64,000 bases of DNA from Paraspadella gotoi (taxonomy: Eukaryota; Animalia; Chaetognatha): the NCBI GenBank assembly GCA_051294375.1, contig CM119271.1:9944291-10008290 (forward strand), read 5' to 3'. The notes beneath the pieces were generated by a model, which had not been told where the DNA came from, did not search any database, and saw nothing but the letters and a program-made list of their open reading frames with translations. Below are positions 23,823 through 37,721 of the stretch, one piece after another (position 1 is the first letter of the stretch; every line of letters starts with the position of its first letter). The position numbers and the translations under genes were made by a program.

Positions 23823-24894
23823 GCTACCAAATCGCCCTCTTCAAAGCTGCCGACGTTGACGGCGACAAGACTCTGTCCGGCGCCGAGTTCAAATCCTTCT
23901 ATCGCCCGGAAGACTTCGAGCACACCCGCGTCGTGGAGACGGAGAGGCTGTTGGCGCGACACGACGCCGACGGCGACGGAGGCTTGGACGTCGAGGAGTT
24001 CTTGAAGGCGGAGTTGCACGAGGACGACCCCGAGGAATGGATAGAGATAGAGAGGGTGAGGGAGAGAGAAGGGGGGAGGGGTGGAGGGGAGAAGCCCGGG
24101 GGGTGAAATGAGGTCGATCGAAGAAAACATCTACTTTGACAAACGATAGTTATTTTTCTACTAGGCCAAGGCCCAGGCCAAGGTTTAAAGTTTTGAAAAA
24201 GAAACGTCACGAGTTTGTTACAGTACCTTTTCTCTAGACTCCACGAAGTTCAGGGAATGAATAACTCATAAAGTTATCGTTATAATGAGCTAAGATTTCG
24301 TAAAAAGATGAAGGAAAATTTGCTCTATTGCCCACCTGATGGAAAATAATCAATTCAAAAATTTTGCGCTAAGGTCTTGATTTATTTTTTATTTTGTTTT
24401 GCTTCTAAAACAGCTATTTCTTTTTTAATTAGTTTTATTTTTGGTCCAGGTAAAAGATATTCGTGATTTTACAATCTCTGAAGTTCTTTGGCGAATAACA
24501 AAAATAATAAACAACTAAGAAAAAGACATAAAAAATAGGAAAACAAATAAGAATTAACAATGAAAATACGAAAGACAGCAAACCGATATCTTTTTACCAT
24601 GCACGACCCGTCTCCCCCACCGACGCTTTTCCCCCCCCCCAACCCCCCATCCAGGAACGATTCCGCCGAGTCTTCGATGTGGATTCTGACGGACGCCTCA
24701 AGGGGGCGGAGGTGGTAGCCTGGGCGATGCCGAGCAACGAAGAGGTGGCGCGCGAGGAGGTACTTCATCTGTTCGGAGTCGCCGATGACGATCGTGACGA
24801 CCGACTCGAGGTCGCGGAAATCCTCCAGCATCACGACTCCTTTGTCGGGTCTTCGGCGACCGACTTCGGCAAGCATCTGGCCGACGAATTGTGA
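20779..24894 (+). CDS. CREC-family EF-hand ER Ca2+-binding protein (reticulocalbin-2/calumenin-like), 7 exons
   Basis: Hydrophobic signal exon at 20779; FDEKAFLGSEAK; EESMKRLASLAKKIDADDDGFVSKDEL; further EF hands DYDEDGSVSWDD, DVDGDKTLSGAE, DADGDGGLDVEE, DVDSDGRLKGAE, DDDRDDRLEVAE; FVGSSATDFG; C-terminal ADEL. Confidence 0.92.
22885..23330. repeat. Purine-rich minisatellite (~17-24 bp units AGGATAGCGAGTGAGTTGGGGA) built from the exon-5 donor junction of the CREC gene
   Basis: Seen directly. The first unit spans the exon end GAGGATAGCGA|GTGAG. Confidence 0.85.
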
Positions 24895-25577
24895 TGGAGA
24901 CGATAAAAAACGATACCAGTTCTCTTTCAAACATCTCGTGTGCAATAAATCGTTTAGGGAGGAATTAATTGTTTATTTATTGTTTGTTTTTTTTTCTTTC
25001 ACTTTCGGTTTATAAAGGATCGCTTCTGGGAGTTGCAAAAGTAAAAATAATTCCATTTCATTTTTATGTATAGTTTAATGATGAAGTATTAGCATATTTA
25101 TGCTGCGTTTTTTAAAATAAAATTTACCAAAAAATCTTTTAAATTACCTCTTTTCATTTCACATCATTCTTTCGACGTTGAGTTGCACCAAACAAGAAGC
25201 TCGTCCGACTGAATATCCCTTTAAAAATTCACACTACAAGCCGGGACTCGGTTCCAAAGATAACTCCCTCGGCAGCCATCGACCGAAGCATACAACCTCG
25301 TGAAATAAGTTGAACCTATATAAAATTATCCATTCATTTAATAAATAAGCTATCTTCCCATTGATTTTGGACTGTGGTGGTTTAAGACCTCCATCACTCT
25401 TACAAGATAATGAGTAAATGACATAGCAAGTCTCTCCAATTATTCAGTCAAGACTGTCTCACAGTCTCGTTTATTCCTTGGCTTCCCTATCAATGAAGTT
25501 ATATCATATGTCAAAGAATGTTAAATTTCATTTTGGGCTTTATAGCCGATCAAGAATTTCTTTACTCAATTATTCAG

Positions 25578-26204
25578 TAGGGTGGAGTGATGAAAAGATT
25601 GAGTGATTGAACATTATTTTTTTGCTGCCTATGGACATATAATTAATGAATTTTTAATCCTTTTTAAAAAAATTTTAGCATAACAGTATAGCAAATTCAA
25701 TTATTTATGTAGTAATATCCTTATAAAATCGTCAAATTTTAAAATAATTTTTTTTATTTTTAAGAACTGATTTGGATTCGCTGTAAAAAACTAAAAAACT
25801 TTTATAAAATATGTTATATGATATTTTAATGTTTAGATGACAAAAAATGATTAAAAAGTTTTAACATATATAAGTTTTTATTACAGAGAATAAAAAAGTG
25901 AGGAATTTTCACCTTTTTTCTTATTTTAAACATTGAAGATGACAGAATTTTTGATAACATATTTTATATTTTTGATTCAACTTTTTATGAAGAATCTGAA
26001 TCTTTAATAAAAGTTTTATAAAACTTATTTTTAAAATTTACTATTTTATAAGGATATTACTACAAATATATTATATTTTACTATTCTGTTCCCGAGATAA
26101 TATAAACAAAATATTTTTTGTACTAGTTACTCATACTATCTCACATCTAAATATCATTGTTCGATCATTCAAATAAATTTTTTGTTCTTGAGTGCTCCAC
26201 TCTA
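25578..26204. mobile_element. hAT-type MITE
   Basis: 8-bp TSD TTATTCAG (25570-25577 / 26205-26212); TIR TAGGGTGGAG / CTCCACTCTA; long internal inverted repeat (GTAATATCCTTATAAAAT / ATTTTATAAGGATATTAC). Confidence 0.85.
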
Positions 26205-26627
26205 TTATTCAGTACTTTTGTTTAGTAAGTAAAACCTGAAAGGCTTTCGTGTTTCTTTGAAATTTTCGGTGAAATCTTAATGACCGTAATTTCTATAAGA
26301 TATATATATATACAGAGTTAGTATATATATATATGAAATGGGTACAACCGATATAAAAATTATCCATTCATTTAATAAATAAGCTATCTTGCCCCTGACT
26401 TTGAACAGGTGTTAGTGGTTTAAGGCCTCCCTCACTCTTACAAGATAATGACATAGCAGGTCCCTGCAAGCTTTCAATCAAGACTCTCTCTATAAATAAA
26501 AGAACATCCATTTTTCGGAAAATGTCACACCGAGTTTCACCCTTTCAGCAGTAGACTAAATTTCGAAATTTTAATAATTTCCAAAAAAAAATTAATATTT
26601 TAAGAAAATAAAATTATAACATGTCTC

Positions 26628-26950
26628 ATACCAAGTTCGCTCGCCCGGCCAGCAAATTTCTACTTCCCCAATTGTACCGATGGCGGGAAAAATCGCCGTT
26701 GACGTGAGCGTCGTTTGTCCAACTCAAGAGGCCATCCCTGACCGTGCAGCCGAACAGGCCGCCGCAGTCATCAATGAGGCCTCCAAAACCCGGCGGAACT
26801 TCCGACACTTTCCGTTCGCGAGGTATCTTCTTCCAGCCCCTCGTCGTTGAGGCTTTCGGCGTCTTGAGACAAAGAGGCGATCCCTTTCTTGAAATCCATC
26901 GCTCGACAGGGACGCGTGTCGGTGAGGCAAAGATGTGTTGTTCCCCAGTT
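26628..26950 (+). pseudogene. Frameshifted relic of a restriction-like endonuclease domain of a CRE-type non-LTR retrotransposon
   Basis: Across frames it reads RPANFYFPN..DGGK.IAVDVSVVCP...AAEQAAA...RGIFFQPLVVEAFG...PFLKSIARQG, matching the RP(A)D...D(V)tV...K...F.P(L)..E..G RLE pattern. Confidence 0.6.
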
Positions 26951-27284
26951 TATATATAAACTTATAAATTTATATAAACTATATGGCATTCCTGGAGATC
27001 AATGCCCTCTGGAGGCCTATGGGAAAACGAAGAGCAAGGTTTTTCTTAAAGAATTAACGGAAAAGAGAAGAGGAACGAAATGGAACGGAAGATGATAACG
27101 TTTCGGGGAAAAAAAATAAAGGAATTCAGATATCATAATTTTTTTAATTATTTTTTATTTTTGTTATATGAAATTGGTACAACCAATATATATTTGGGTA
27201 AAAATTAAGGTTACAAGAAATTATGGTTAAGAATAAATTAACAATAAGTTTAAGTTAACTAGAAAAATAAATTAAGGTTAAAAA

Positions 27285-27476
27285 TAAGTTAGGGGTAAGT
27301 TAGGGTTAGGGGTAAGTTAGGGTTAGGGGTAAGTTAGGGTTAGGGGTAAGTTAGGGTTAGGGGTAAGTTAGGGTTAGGGGTAAGTTAGGGTTAGGGGTAA
27401 GTTAGGGTTAGGGGTAAGTTAGGGTTAGGGGTAAGTTAGGGTTAGGGGTAAGTTTGGGTTAAGGGTAAGTTAGGGG
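27285..27476 (+). repeat. Interstitial telomere-like 17-mer array (TTAGGGTTAGGGGTAAG)n, about 10 units
   Basis: Seen directly. Degenerate TTAGGG tracts also occur at about 15285-15340, 23540-23635, 27833-27890 and 31370-31432. Confidence 0.85.
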
Positions 27477-28469
27477 TATATATATCTGATCCCTAAAACC
27501 ATTATATACAATCTACCTCTTAACGTTATACCCGTTATTATTTGTATTATTTGTCCTCGTTCACTTTCCTTCAAATTAACAACTGACAATAACTAGAATA
27601 TTTTTATTCACGTTGGTTTTTTCTCTTTTCCCTTTCAGAAAAAAAAAAATATCGAAACGGCTCTTCAAGATAAGCTACTTTGATATCGACGCTCGGCGCC
27701 GTCAACTGTGAGCGTCATCAAACGGCGGCGTCCAATTCCTCCAATTCCTGTCAACCTATTTCGCGGTGAATCAATTCGAGTTAATGTCGACGAAGTTACA
27801 TAGTTGCTCCGAAATTCATGCGAATAGAGTGTTTAGGGTTATGGGTGGTTAGGGTTATGGGTGGTTAGGGCTTGGAGAGGATAGGGTAATTATGTAATAA
27901 TCTATATTTTAAAGTAATAAAAAAGTTATCTAAAAAAAAATTTTAAATTGATATAAATTATTCAAATTGTAATGTTAATAAAAAGAAAAATGTATGTATT
28001 AAAACAGATCAAATTAGTTTTATTTATATATAAGTACCCTTACTTTAAATTATGATCGATTAAATGATTTATTCAAAATATAATTATTAATTATTTTTTT
28101 GAAAATTGTGAAAAAGGTAAATAAAGAATTTTAAAACACTAATTTAACTTAATTATAAATAATATATAATTGAATAACTTTATTTAAATAATCGCTGAAA
28201 TTAATTTTTATGTAATTATTTCACGAGTTAGCTTTGTTCAATATTAAGATTTTAGGTATCCTAAAAAATGGTCCACACCTGATAAATGCTAAGCCCGAAG
28301 CTCGAAAGTTAAAAAAGAAATCTCCCAAGTGCTGCCATCTTTCGGTTCTGATTATTTTCCAGTAATGGTTGTTTAGAAAAAAATTATGACAATGTTATTT
28401 TGTTTATTTTCAAAAAAGATCTTTTGTAAAAACGAGCTTCCAAGATCCCTGGAGCGATTGGGATAGATT

Positions 28470-28547
28470 ATCACCGAAGTTAAGCAACGTCGGGCCCGGT
28501 TAGTACTTGCTTGATGGGTGACCGACGGATCCGGGTGTCGTAGGCTT
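28470..28547 (+). pseudogene. 5S rRNA 3' portion (degenerate, 5' third missing)
   Basis: ATCACCGAAGTTAAGCAACGTCGGGCCCGGTTAGTACTTG..GATGGGTGACCG...CCGGGTGTCGTAGGCTTTTTTT: box A, box C-like sequence and T-terminator, with indels near box C. Confidence 0.85.
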
Positions 28548-29374
28548 TTTTTCATTTTTTTATCATCAAGAACAAAGCGAAATATGAGATAGCGAATATA
28601 AATTAACAATATAAATAAAAGAGAGGATTTGAAAACTATGTTCAAATAACAATATAAAAAGAAAACTGAAGAGAGATAATCGCCGTATCCTTATATAATA
28701 TCCTTCTCAGGCTCAAGGCTCTGAGAAGAAAACTCTCATTTTGAGAGCAAGTCTCTTAAGAGGAATTAAATACGATTACTATCTAAACAATTGGAATGGT
28801 ACTCATAATTCGCTTCAAATATATGGTTTGGACTTGGCCACCTTAAGCCAACCGTCAGTTTAATTTTTTTATTGGGAGTTGTCAAAATGGTATTCTTTCA
28901 TAGCGTTCATGACACTCAATTTTTAGCAAGTGATTGCGCAATGCCCTTTTTTAAAACAACTTGTACTAATAATTAATTCATATAATATGTCATTATAACC
29001 CAAAAAGATATATAATTTGCAAGAAAAAAGCGTTATTTGTCCATCAAATGAATATTCTTCAATAAGGATTTTCTAAAATTAAGCAACCAATTTTCATTAG
29101 GATAGCAATATGCAAATCGCCTCTTTTTGAGAAATTGAACAAAAGACAAGTTTAGTGTTAGGCCTCATGCCTCACCAGTGTACAAAGATCAAATCACTGC
29201 CCTTTTCCATTCACTCCATGAGATTGAGAAGAAAATAATAAAAAAGGTAAAAATTTAAGATTAACTTGAAAAAAAATAAATGATTATTATAATTTTTATA
29301 ATATTTGGTATATATTTTTGAGGATAGTATAACTGAATAAATTATTGCATTATTCTCATTTTGCATAAACAATG

Positions 29375-29474
29375 NNNNNNNNNNNNNNNNNNNNNNNNNN
29401 NNNNNNNNNNNNNNNNNNNNNNNNNNNNNNNNNNNNNNNNNNNNNNNNNNNNNNNNNNNNNNNNNNNNNNNNNN
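29375..29474. other. Assembly gap (100 N)
   Basis: N run; true length and order across it are unknown. Confidence 1.
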
Positions 29475-29514
29475 ATACCACGTTGAATACACCGGTTCTC
29501 GTCTGATCACCGAA
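29475..29514 (+). rRNA. 5S rRNA 5' portion, truncated after CCGAA
   Basis: ATACCACGTTGAATACACCGGTTCTCGTCTGATCACCGAA corresponds to about positions 11-50 of an invertebrate 5S rRNA; unrelated sequence (TGATAA...) follows. Confidence 0.8.
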
Positions 29515-30104
29515 TGATAAAGCCATAAACCCTCGTTTTCAAGTTTTAAAACAAAAGTTAGGAATAACTCTGATTCGTCCATTTCTTCTGTTGAGTTTAT
29601 CTGAGGTTATAACAACAATGTACATACAGAATCGACTAGATTTAAAAATTACAGTTAATTTTAGAAAGAAATAGGAAAATATCTAGCAGGCTAGACTGAA
29701 AGAGCGGCGTCAACGGAAGAAGACGTAAACTTCTGATAAAAATGGACTACAAAAAAACTAGCAGCAAGGGGGGGAAAAAGAAAAAAAGAAAATAGTAATT
29801 CGTGTTTACTGTTTTCGCATAACCTTTAAAGGTAAGACTTATGAAAGAACCCTTATTGCCAAAAGGTACGCTAATTATACGTTTATACGTATGTATGAAA
29901 CACAAAATCTATTAACAATATAGAAACAAATTGTATTTAAAAACAATGCAAGAAGCAACGATTATGAGTGCATAATGAAAGACTGACACGAAACCATACT
30001 AGTTTTCTAATTAGAGGATCAATTCCATGTTAAGCCTTAACTTAAGGAAGAAATAAGTTTTGCAGCAACTCCAGCAAGTATCAATGAATGATATATATAT
30101 ACAT

Positions 30105-30206
30105 TAGAGTGATGTGAAAATTATAACTAAAGATTAGTATTCACTAATATGATAGTTTTCAAGATATATCTGCTAAATTGTGATTCCAAACTTTCACTTC
30201 ACCCTA
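30105..30206. mobile_element. Very short (102 bp) hAT-type MITE
   Basis: 8-bp TSD ATATACAT (30097-30104 / 30207-30214); TIR TAGAGTGATGTGAAA / TTTCACTTCACCCTA. Confidence 0.8.
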
Positions 30207-30406
30207 ATATACATATATGAAAAATTGCAAGATTACTTGTTTTACTATATTAGACTAAATTAAATAAAAAGTGTTATAAAAGTTAAATGTAATACTTATG
30301 CGAAATATACTTAACTTTATGTTAATTTCCTTTCTTTTCGTTGTTTTTGCAAATTAGAGAAAGACAAAGTTTATTTGTTTATGTACAACGATTTATTTTT
30401 ACATAG

Positions 30407-30441
30407 GACATGTTTCGGCTTTAAGTATAAGCCTTCATCAG
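30407..30441 (-). ncRNA. Minimal type I hammerhead ribozyme-like motif (Penelope-like element end)
   Basis: Minus strand reads CTGATGA-A-GGCTT-atactta-AAGCC-GAAA-CATGT-C, with palindromic stem III (ACATGT), a GUC triplet and AATAAA just downstream. Stem I pairing is poor. Confidence 0.55.
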
Positions 30442-30754
30442 CGTTTGATTAATCAGACAAATTTTTCTCTTAACAATTAACTTTTATTTTATTATTAATA
30501 ATGTTATGGGGATAAAAGAAGTTAAAATTTATCTATTAAAACCTTTCCTACTAATAACAATGACAAAATGCATGGAAATGAAAAAGTTTTTCATTATGAG
30601 ATGACTGCGAGAAGCAAAACCATTTTGACATTCTCAATGTACATTTATTGAACTTGTATTGATGTTTAAAGAACAAAACGCATGTTTTTACAATATCTTT
30701 TAAAGAAAACGTCGCTCCGGTTAAAGAATAAGTAAAAATGCTTCGCTCCTTCGA

Positions 30755-32759
<2,005 letters not shown>

Positions 32760-34505
32760 GATTGTTTTTTTTTTTCGAAATCAATGCAATGGATTGTTGT
32801 GACTTGTCGCAATGGGTTTAATGTCTCGGTGATAGAAATAATGGGATTAGAAAATCGTTTGGCGAAATAAGGGCGACTCCCTTGATAGTCGGGGGGAAAA
32901 TATTTTTGGTGTCGGCTTTCGGGTTAAAAATATCGATCGAGAGCCATTTCAGAATTAGTTGCAGATTTTGAGTAGCGTCTTGGATCGAAGTAAAAGTAAG
33001 GTTAACAAGGTTTAGTTCCTCTCAGTTTGGGAAGGGAAGGGGCTAAAGAAAGAAGAGTAGAAGCTCAAGAAAGGTTGATAAAGCGGTTGTGGGAAAGTAC
33101 CGGTTGAACAACTTTGTCGCTCGGATAAAGAAGGTAAGTTAAATAAAGGTTTTTTTTAAGTTTCTCTTTCAGCGAACGAAGAAATAATTCCCAAATAATC
33201 GACGCTGATATCGCATAAAATACGAACCGGTTTGCGAGTGGATGCGAACCGGTTTATGACTTTCGGAGAGTAAAGCACCGTTAAACAAATTTGTATGCAT
33301 GACTGCGATTGGCGTTGGCCGATTAATTAGTTACTTATGACATATGATCCGGGAAATGATTCATAGACATATTTGTCGTCACAATGTCAATGAGACGTAA
33401 AAGTAATTTTGAAGAAGCGTTACTTACAAAATACAACCAACGAAGGTCAAGCGATTTTACTGAGGAAACGAGAAAAAAAAAGTTCCAATTAATCGTCTGC
33501 TTTTAATAAATGGCCGTGGTTATCATTTGTATTTGTTTAATTAGTGTTATGTGAAGACTATTTATTTATTTGACCGATAAAACAACACGCGCCAAAAATA
33601 TTAAAACAGCAAACCTCGATGTATAAGGATTGCTTTTTGACACCCTTTCCATGAAACGCTTTCTGACAGGGCCTCGATCATAAATTATAAGTGGATACGA
33701 AATTTTGAAACACGTAATCGGCAAAGTACGGGCAAGTACGGGTATGTCGGGAACAAACTCTTGGAAATGTGGATAAACTTGTGGATTTCATTCATTGATT
33801 TCGTTAAATTTAAATAAAGATTCATCGATTTGTCGTCATTGATAATTATTTAAAATTAAATATTAATTACCCATTTCTCCCTCCAGTTATTATGTGTTAA
33901 TAAATAATGATTAATAATTTTTTTCGTGAAACACTAACATCAAAACTCAAAACATTACTAAAAATGTTAAAAACTAATTCGTAAAATACTGTAAAGGCAA
34001 AAGTCAATAACAAAGTTAAAAGAAACGTTTAAAACGTTAAAACGCTAAAAATATCAAAAGAATGAAACGTTAAAAAACATTAAAAACGTGTGTGATTTGT
34101 CAAGGTATTTTACTTAGTGTTTACTAAGCTGTGATTACTGATTCATTGTTTCTCCCCTGATTTATTATTACAAATAAGAGTAGTGACTCGAGGCTAATGA
34201 AACAGTGTGTTGCCCCTTTGGTCTGCGGCCGCCCATTGGGGTCCACAATGTTTGCCCCCTAACAGTAACAAAGTTTTAATTCAATTAGATCACAATGTTT
34301 TAGGGGAGTCAAATACATAGTTCTAAAAATATGTACAAGTTACTATGCACTTCAATGACTAGCGCTTCCAAATGGAAGACGTAGATTCTTCATAGATTTG
34401 CCTCTCCACCAACTATAAAAAAATCGAGAGAATTCATACAGAAATCTCAGATCCCTTTTTCCCTCGAGGAAAACCAGTTTGATTGACGTCAGGATTCGAG
34501 TCGTC

Positions 34506-34608
34506 CCGCGTGCGTTTTTCTGAGGTTCGTCTTCTTAGTTCTAAAGACAAATGATGAATAACTTATTCATCATTAGTCCAAGGACGAACTTTAGAAAAAC
34601 ACGCACGG
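34506..34608. repeat. Imperfect ~100-bp hairpin (MITE core or structured RNA)
   Basis: Outer arms CCGCGTGCGTTTTTCTGAGGTTCGTC / GACGAACTTTAGAAAAACACGCACGG; inner arms AATGATGAATAA / TTATTCATCATT. Confidence 0.7.
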
Positions 34609-36273
34609 AAGATTCAATAAGGCTATTCACTTTCGGTGAGTTCTTGTATCTACGACATGAGTTAAGTAGGAAGGTTTAAATCAATTTTTCAAAAAAGGAA
34701 GGAACTGTTAACATTTCGAAACTTCTCGCTTTCAAAATACAAGGGGTCGCCTATCTCAGAAAGGTGGGTCTAAAATTTAAGTCGAGAAACTGCTCAAACA
34801 CATTTTTAAAATAATTTGAAAAAACAATTTTAACATGACTCTATAAACTCTATAAACATTAAAAAATTAATATATGGGGTACATTTATATATATATTTAT
34901 TTATCTTTAAGATCAGATTCAGTTAGCTTACAAAAAGTTTGATATTTTGATCTTAATGGTTTCTTATTTTTTAACCACTTATCATCTTTCAATAATTTTA
35001 ATAGTTTTTCTTAATTTTGACAAAGAAAAGGAAAGAATTTTTATAAGTTATATTTATATTTTTTATTTAACTTTATCTCCTCTATCAAAATCCATCAAAA
35101 AATATTGATTAAAAAAAAATATTAAAATTATATAATATTATATAATAATTTTGATAGCAACAATAAAAGAATAAATATTAAACTTCAAGACTAAGTTTTG
35201 AACCCCGGCCCTGCCACTTTTGATTTTAATTTCATAGTAGATATCTATATACAATTATACATTCTATCTATTGTATCTATTATACAAGTCTTTTTACACC
35301 TGATTTAAATTATCAGTACCTAAATCACTGTATTCATAACTACATCATAATTTACTGAGAACAAAAATTGAAAACATCAATCATTTCATGTATTTTTAAA
35401 AATAAGCACAAGTCAAACACATATCAAAAAAATATTTAAAATACAAAAAATATGTTAGGTATAATGGAAAAACGAATCTCGATCTCTATGGAAGAAAAAC
35501 CAACAATTTCGTAATAACTTCTTTAAATCGCAATGATGGGAAAATGTGTATAATTTAGTCAGTAGATTTCAATATAGGCGGCTGCGATTTAAATTAAGTT
35601 ATTACAAATTATACTGTTATGTCAACAACTTTCGTACGTCTCAGTTGTGAAAAAATAATACTTTAATAATATTTTAATAATATTGCAAGATATAGGTAGA
35701 GAATTATCTACTCTATATCATGTCCCAAAACATAAAAACACAAAGAATAAGAACTAAGCTTCCAAGACATATATGTAATCCAAATTTAAATCATTTTTTG
35801 ATGTAAGAAATTCACATTCAAGACCATTTTGCCAATTAGTACAAATTTTATCTAGTATTCCATAAAATATTTTCATTTCATACCTTATGTAAAATTAGTA
35901 ATTAAATAAACCTATTGGCTCAAACACAGACAAAATAAAACAAACGAGCAGAAAACGTATTTTCTTTAAAAAGCGCCTGTCAACCCAAATCAAAAACTTA
36001 TGTAACTAGAATTTATAAAATATTTAATTAAATTTTAAAAACGGAAACCTAACTATTATAAAGTTTCTCTATGAAAGTAATTTGCAAAATTCTAGCCAAA
36101 AAAAATATGGGTCGACCGGTGACAACAGGAGCGCATAAACTGCGCTATTCTATCAAAGTTTGGATAAAGAATACGTTTGTGTAAACTAGTAAATATAAGT
36201 AAACGTTTGTAAAAATATAAGGAAGGCACTACTTGGATTTCATTTTTGTCATGATTATTTTTTCAAGCCGTAT

Positions 36274-37469
36274 TCAGCGAGGGAGACGAGACAGCTCGTC
36301 TTCTCCTAGCGGTTTTGGTGGAGGCAGCACGTCGTTCTGGCAAATTCTCGAGGTACAGACCCAATTACCGCAGGCGCAGTTGCAGCTGTAGGAAAGATAA
36401 TTATTATTTTTAATAATAATAATTATTATTATTGATTCAACCACCAAAAACAAATAATCATGATCTCGAACCTGTTGCAATCGACTTTGGTCTCGGAGCC
36501 ATCCTCAAATTGCCGGTCTTCCAATGAACACCTTTTCTTTGGTAGAGGAAAGTTTGGATCGAAGACGGAGAAGAATTCGTCGTCGTCCAGAATCCAGTTG
36601 GAATCGTCGTCGGTGGCGTCGATGAGGGCGTCGATGCAAAGTCCTGTAAAAGGGTCGATGGTCAGAGGGACAATTTTTGTCATTTTTGTATATTATCCAA
36701 CGCGCCAATAGCTTGTAATTAATTCATTCAGAATGGCTACAATTCCATTGGAACGCAAACTTTTCAATTTGTTTAGTAATAATGTACCTCGTAAAATTGT
36801 GACTTTCTGTTGATCGCCTTCAGACAATTCGTTATCGGGTAGATCGGGAGACGGCGTCCCGCGGATGGACGCGTCTTCTTCGGAACATCTGAAAGACAAT
36901 GTTTCATTACATCGCGTTGAAATCAAATCAAAACAAAACACTATTATTATTATTAATAATAAGCACGCCCCTCACTTGAGAAACTCCAAGCTGCTAACGA
37001 ATCCATTCTTGTCGCCATCGCAATCGGCGAAGGTTTTCTTGAGAGCGAGACGCGCCGTAAGTCCGGACGCGAGCTGCCTCGCCGCCTGCCACTGAATCAA
37101 CAGATCACGCAGATGGTCTCGTTCGTCCTGATAGCAGACGACGGGCTTCTCGCGGAACCGTTTCGTCGCCGCCTTTTCCGGCGTCACTTTGCAGGAATCC
37201 TCGGAGTGATCGATGCTGATCGCGCGACCCAGAATGCAGGCGTGGCGGTGGAGCTCGCAGTGATTGGGATACCAGGCGGCGTCGGTGCCGCAGACCGGAT
37301 GGGCGTGCGGAGGACACGAGCGCGCACATTGGCACGAGGGAGCGCCGTTCGTCGGGACGCAGTCGCGTCCGTGGCCGCAGGAGACGCCGCGGCAGACGTC
37401 TTCGTCAGCGTCAAATGCGAAGACCGACGACGATAACGACAACAACACGAGAAGGAGAAAGTTTTTCAT
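36274..37469 (-). CDS. FSTL1: Follistatin-related protein 1-like (signal peptide, FOLN-Kazal, EF-hand, VWC), 4 exons
   Basis: MKNFLLLVLLSLSSSVFA; CRGVSCGHGRDC; PVCGTDAAWYPNHCELHRHAC; KPVVCY..ERD; GLCIDALI..TDDDSNWILD..EF; CSLEDRQFEDGSETKVDCN|CNCACGNWVCT. Confidence 0.88.
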
Positions 37470-37721
37470 TTTTGGGACGCGTCTGGCCTGAAGCTGGGAA
37501 ACAAGAGCAACAAAATTTGATTGGTTGTAAATGGTAAGATTAACAATCATGGCTTGTCGTGAACGATAAAATCAATAAATCATGGAGGAAAGGATAATTA
37601 AACCCTCGTTAAACAACCACAAAACGCGAAAACCTAATTAACCGCTTTCAACAGTAAACAAAAATTTAAATTAATTTATAAATTAGAGATAAATTTTGAA
37701 ATAAGAGTCCGTTTGATGACA

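Noticed and set aside
27285-27476. True telomere or chromosome fusion site
   Set aside because: A 17-mer variant unit in a single orientation, short, with similar degenerate tracts scattered through introns.
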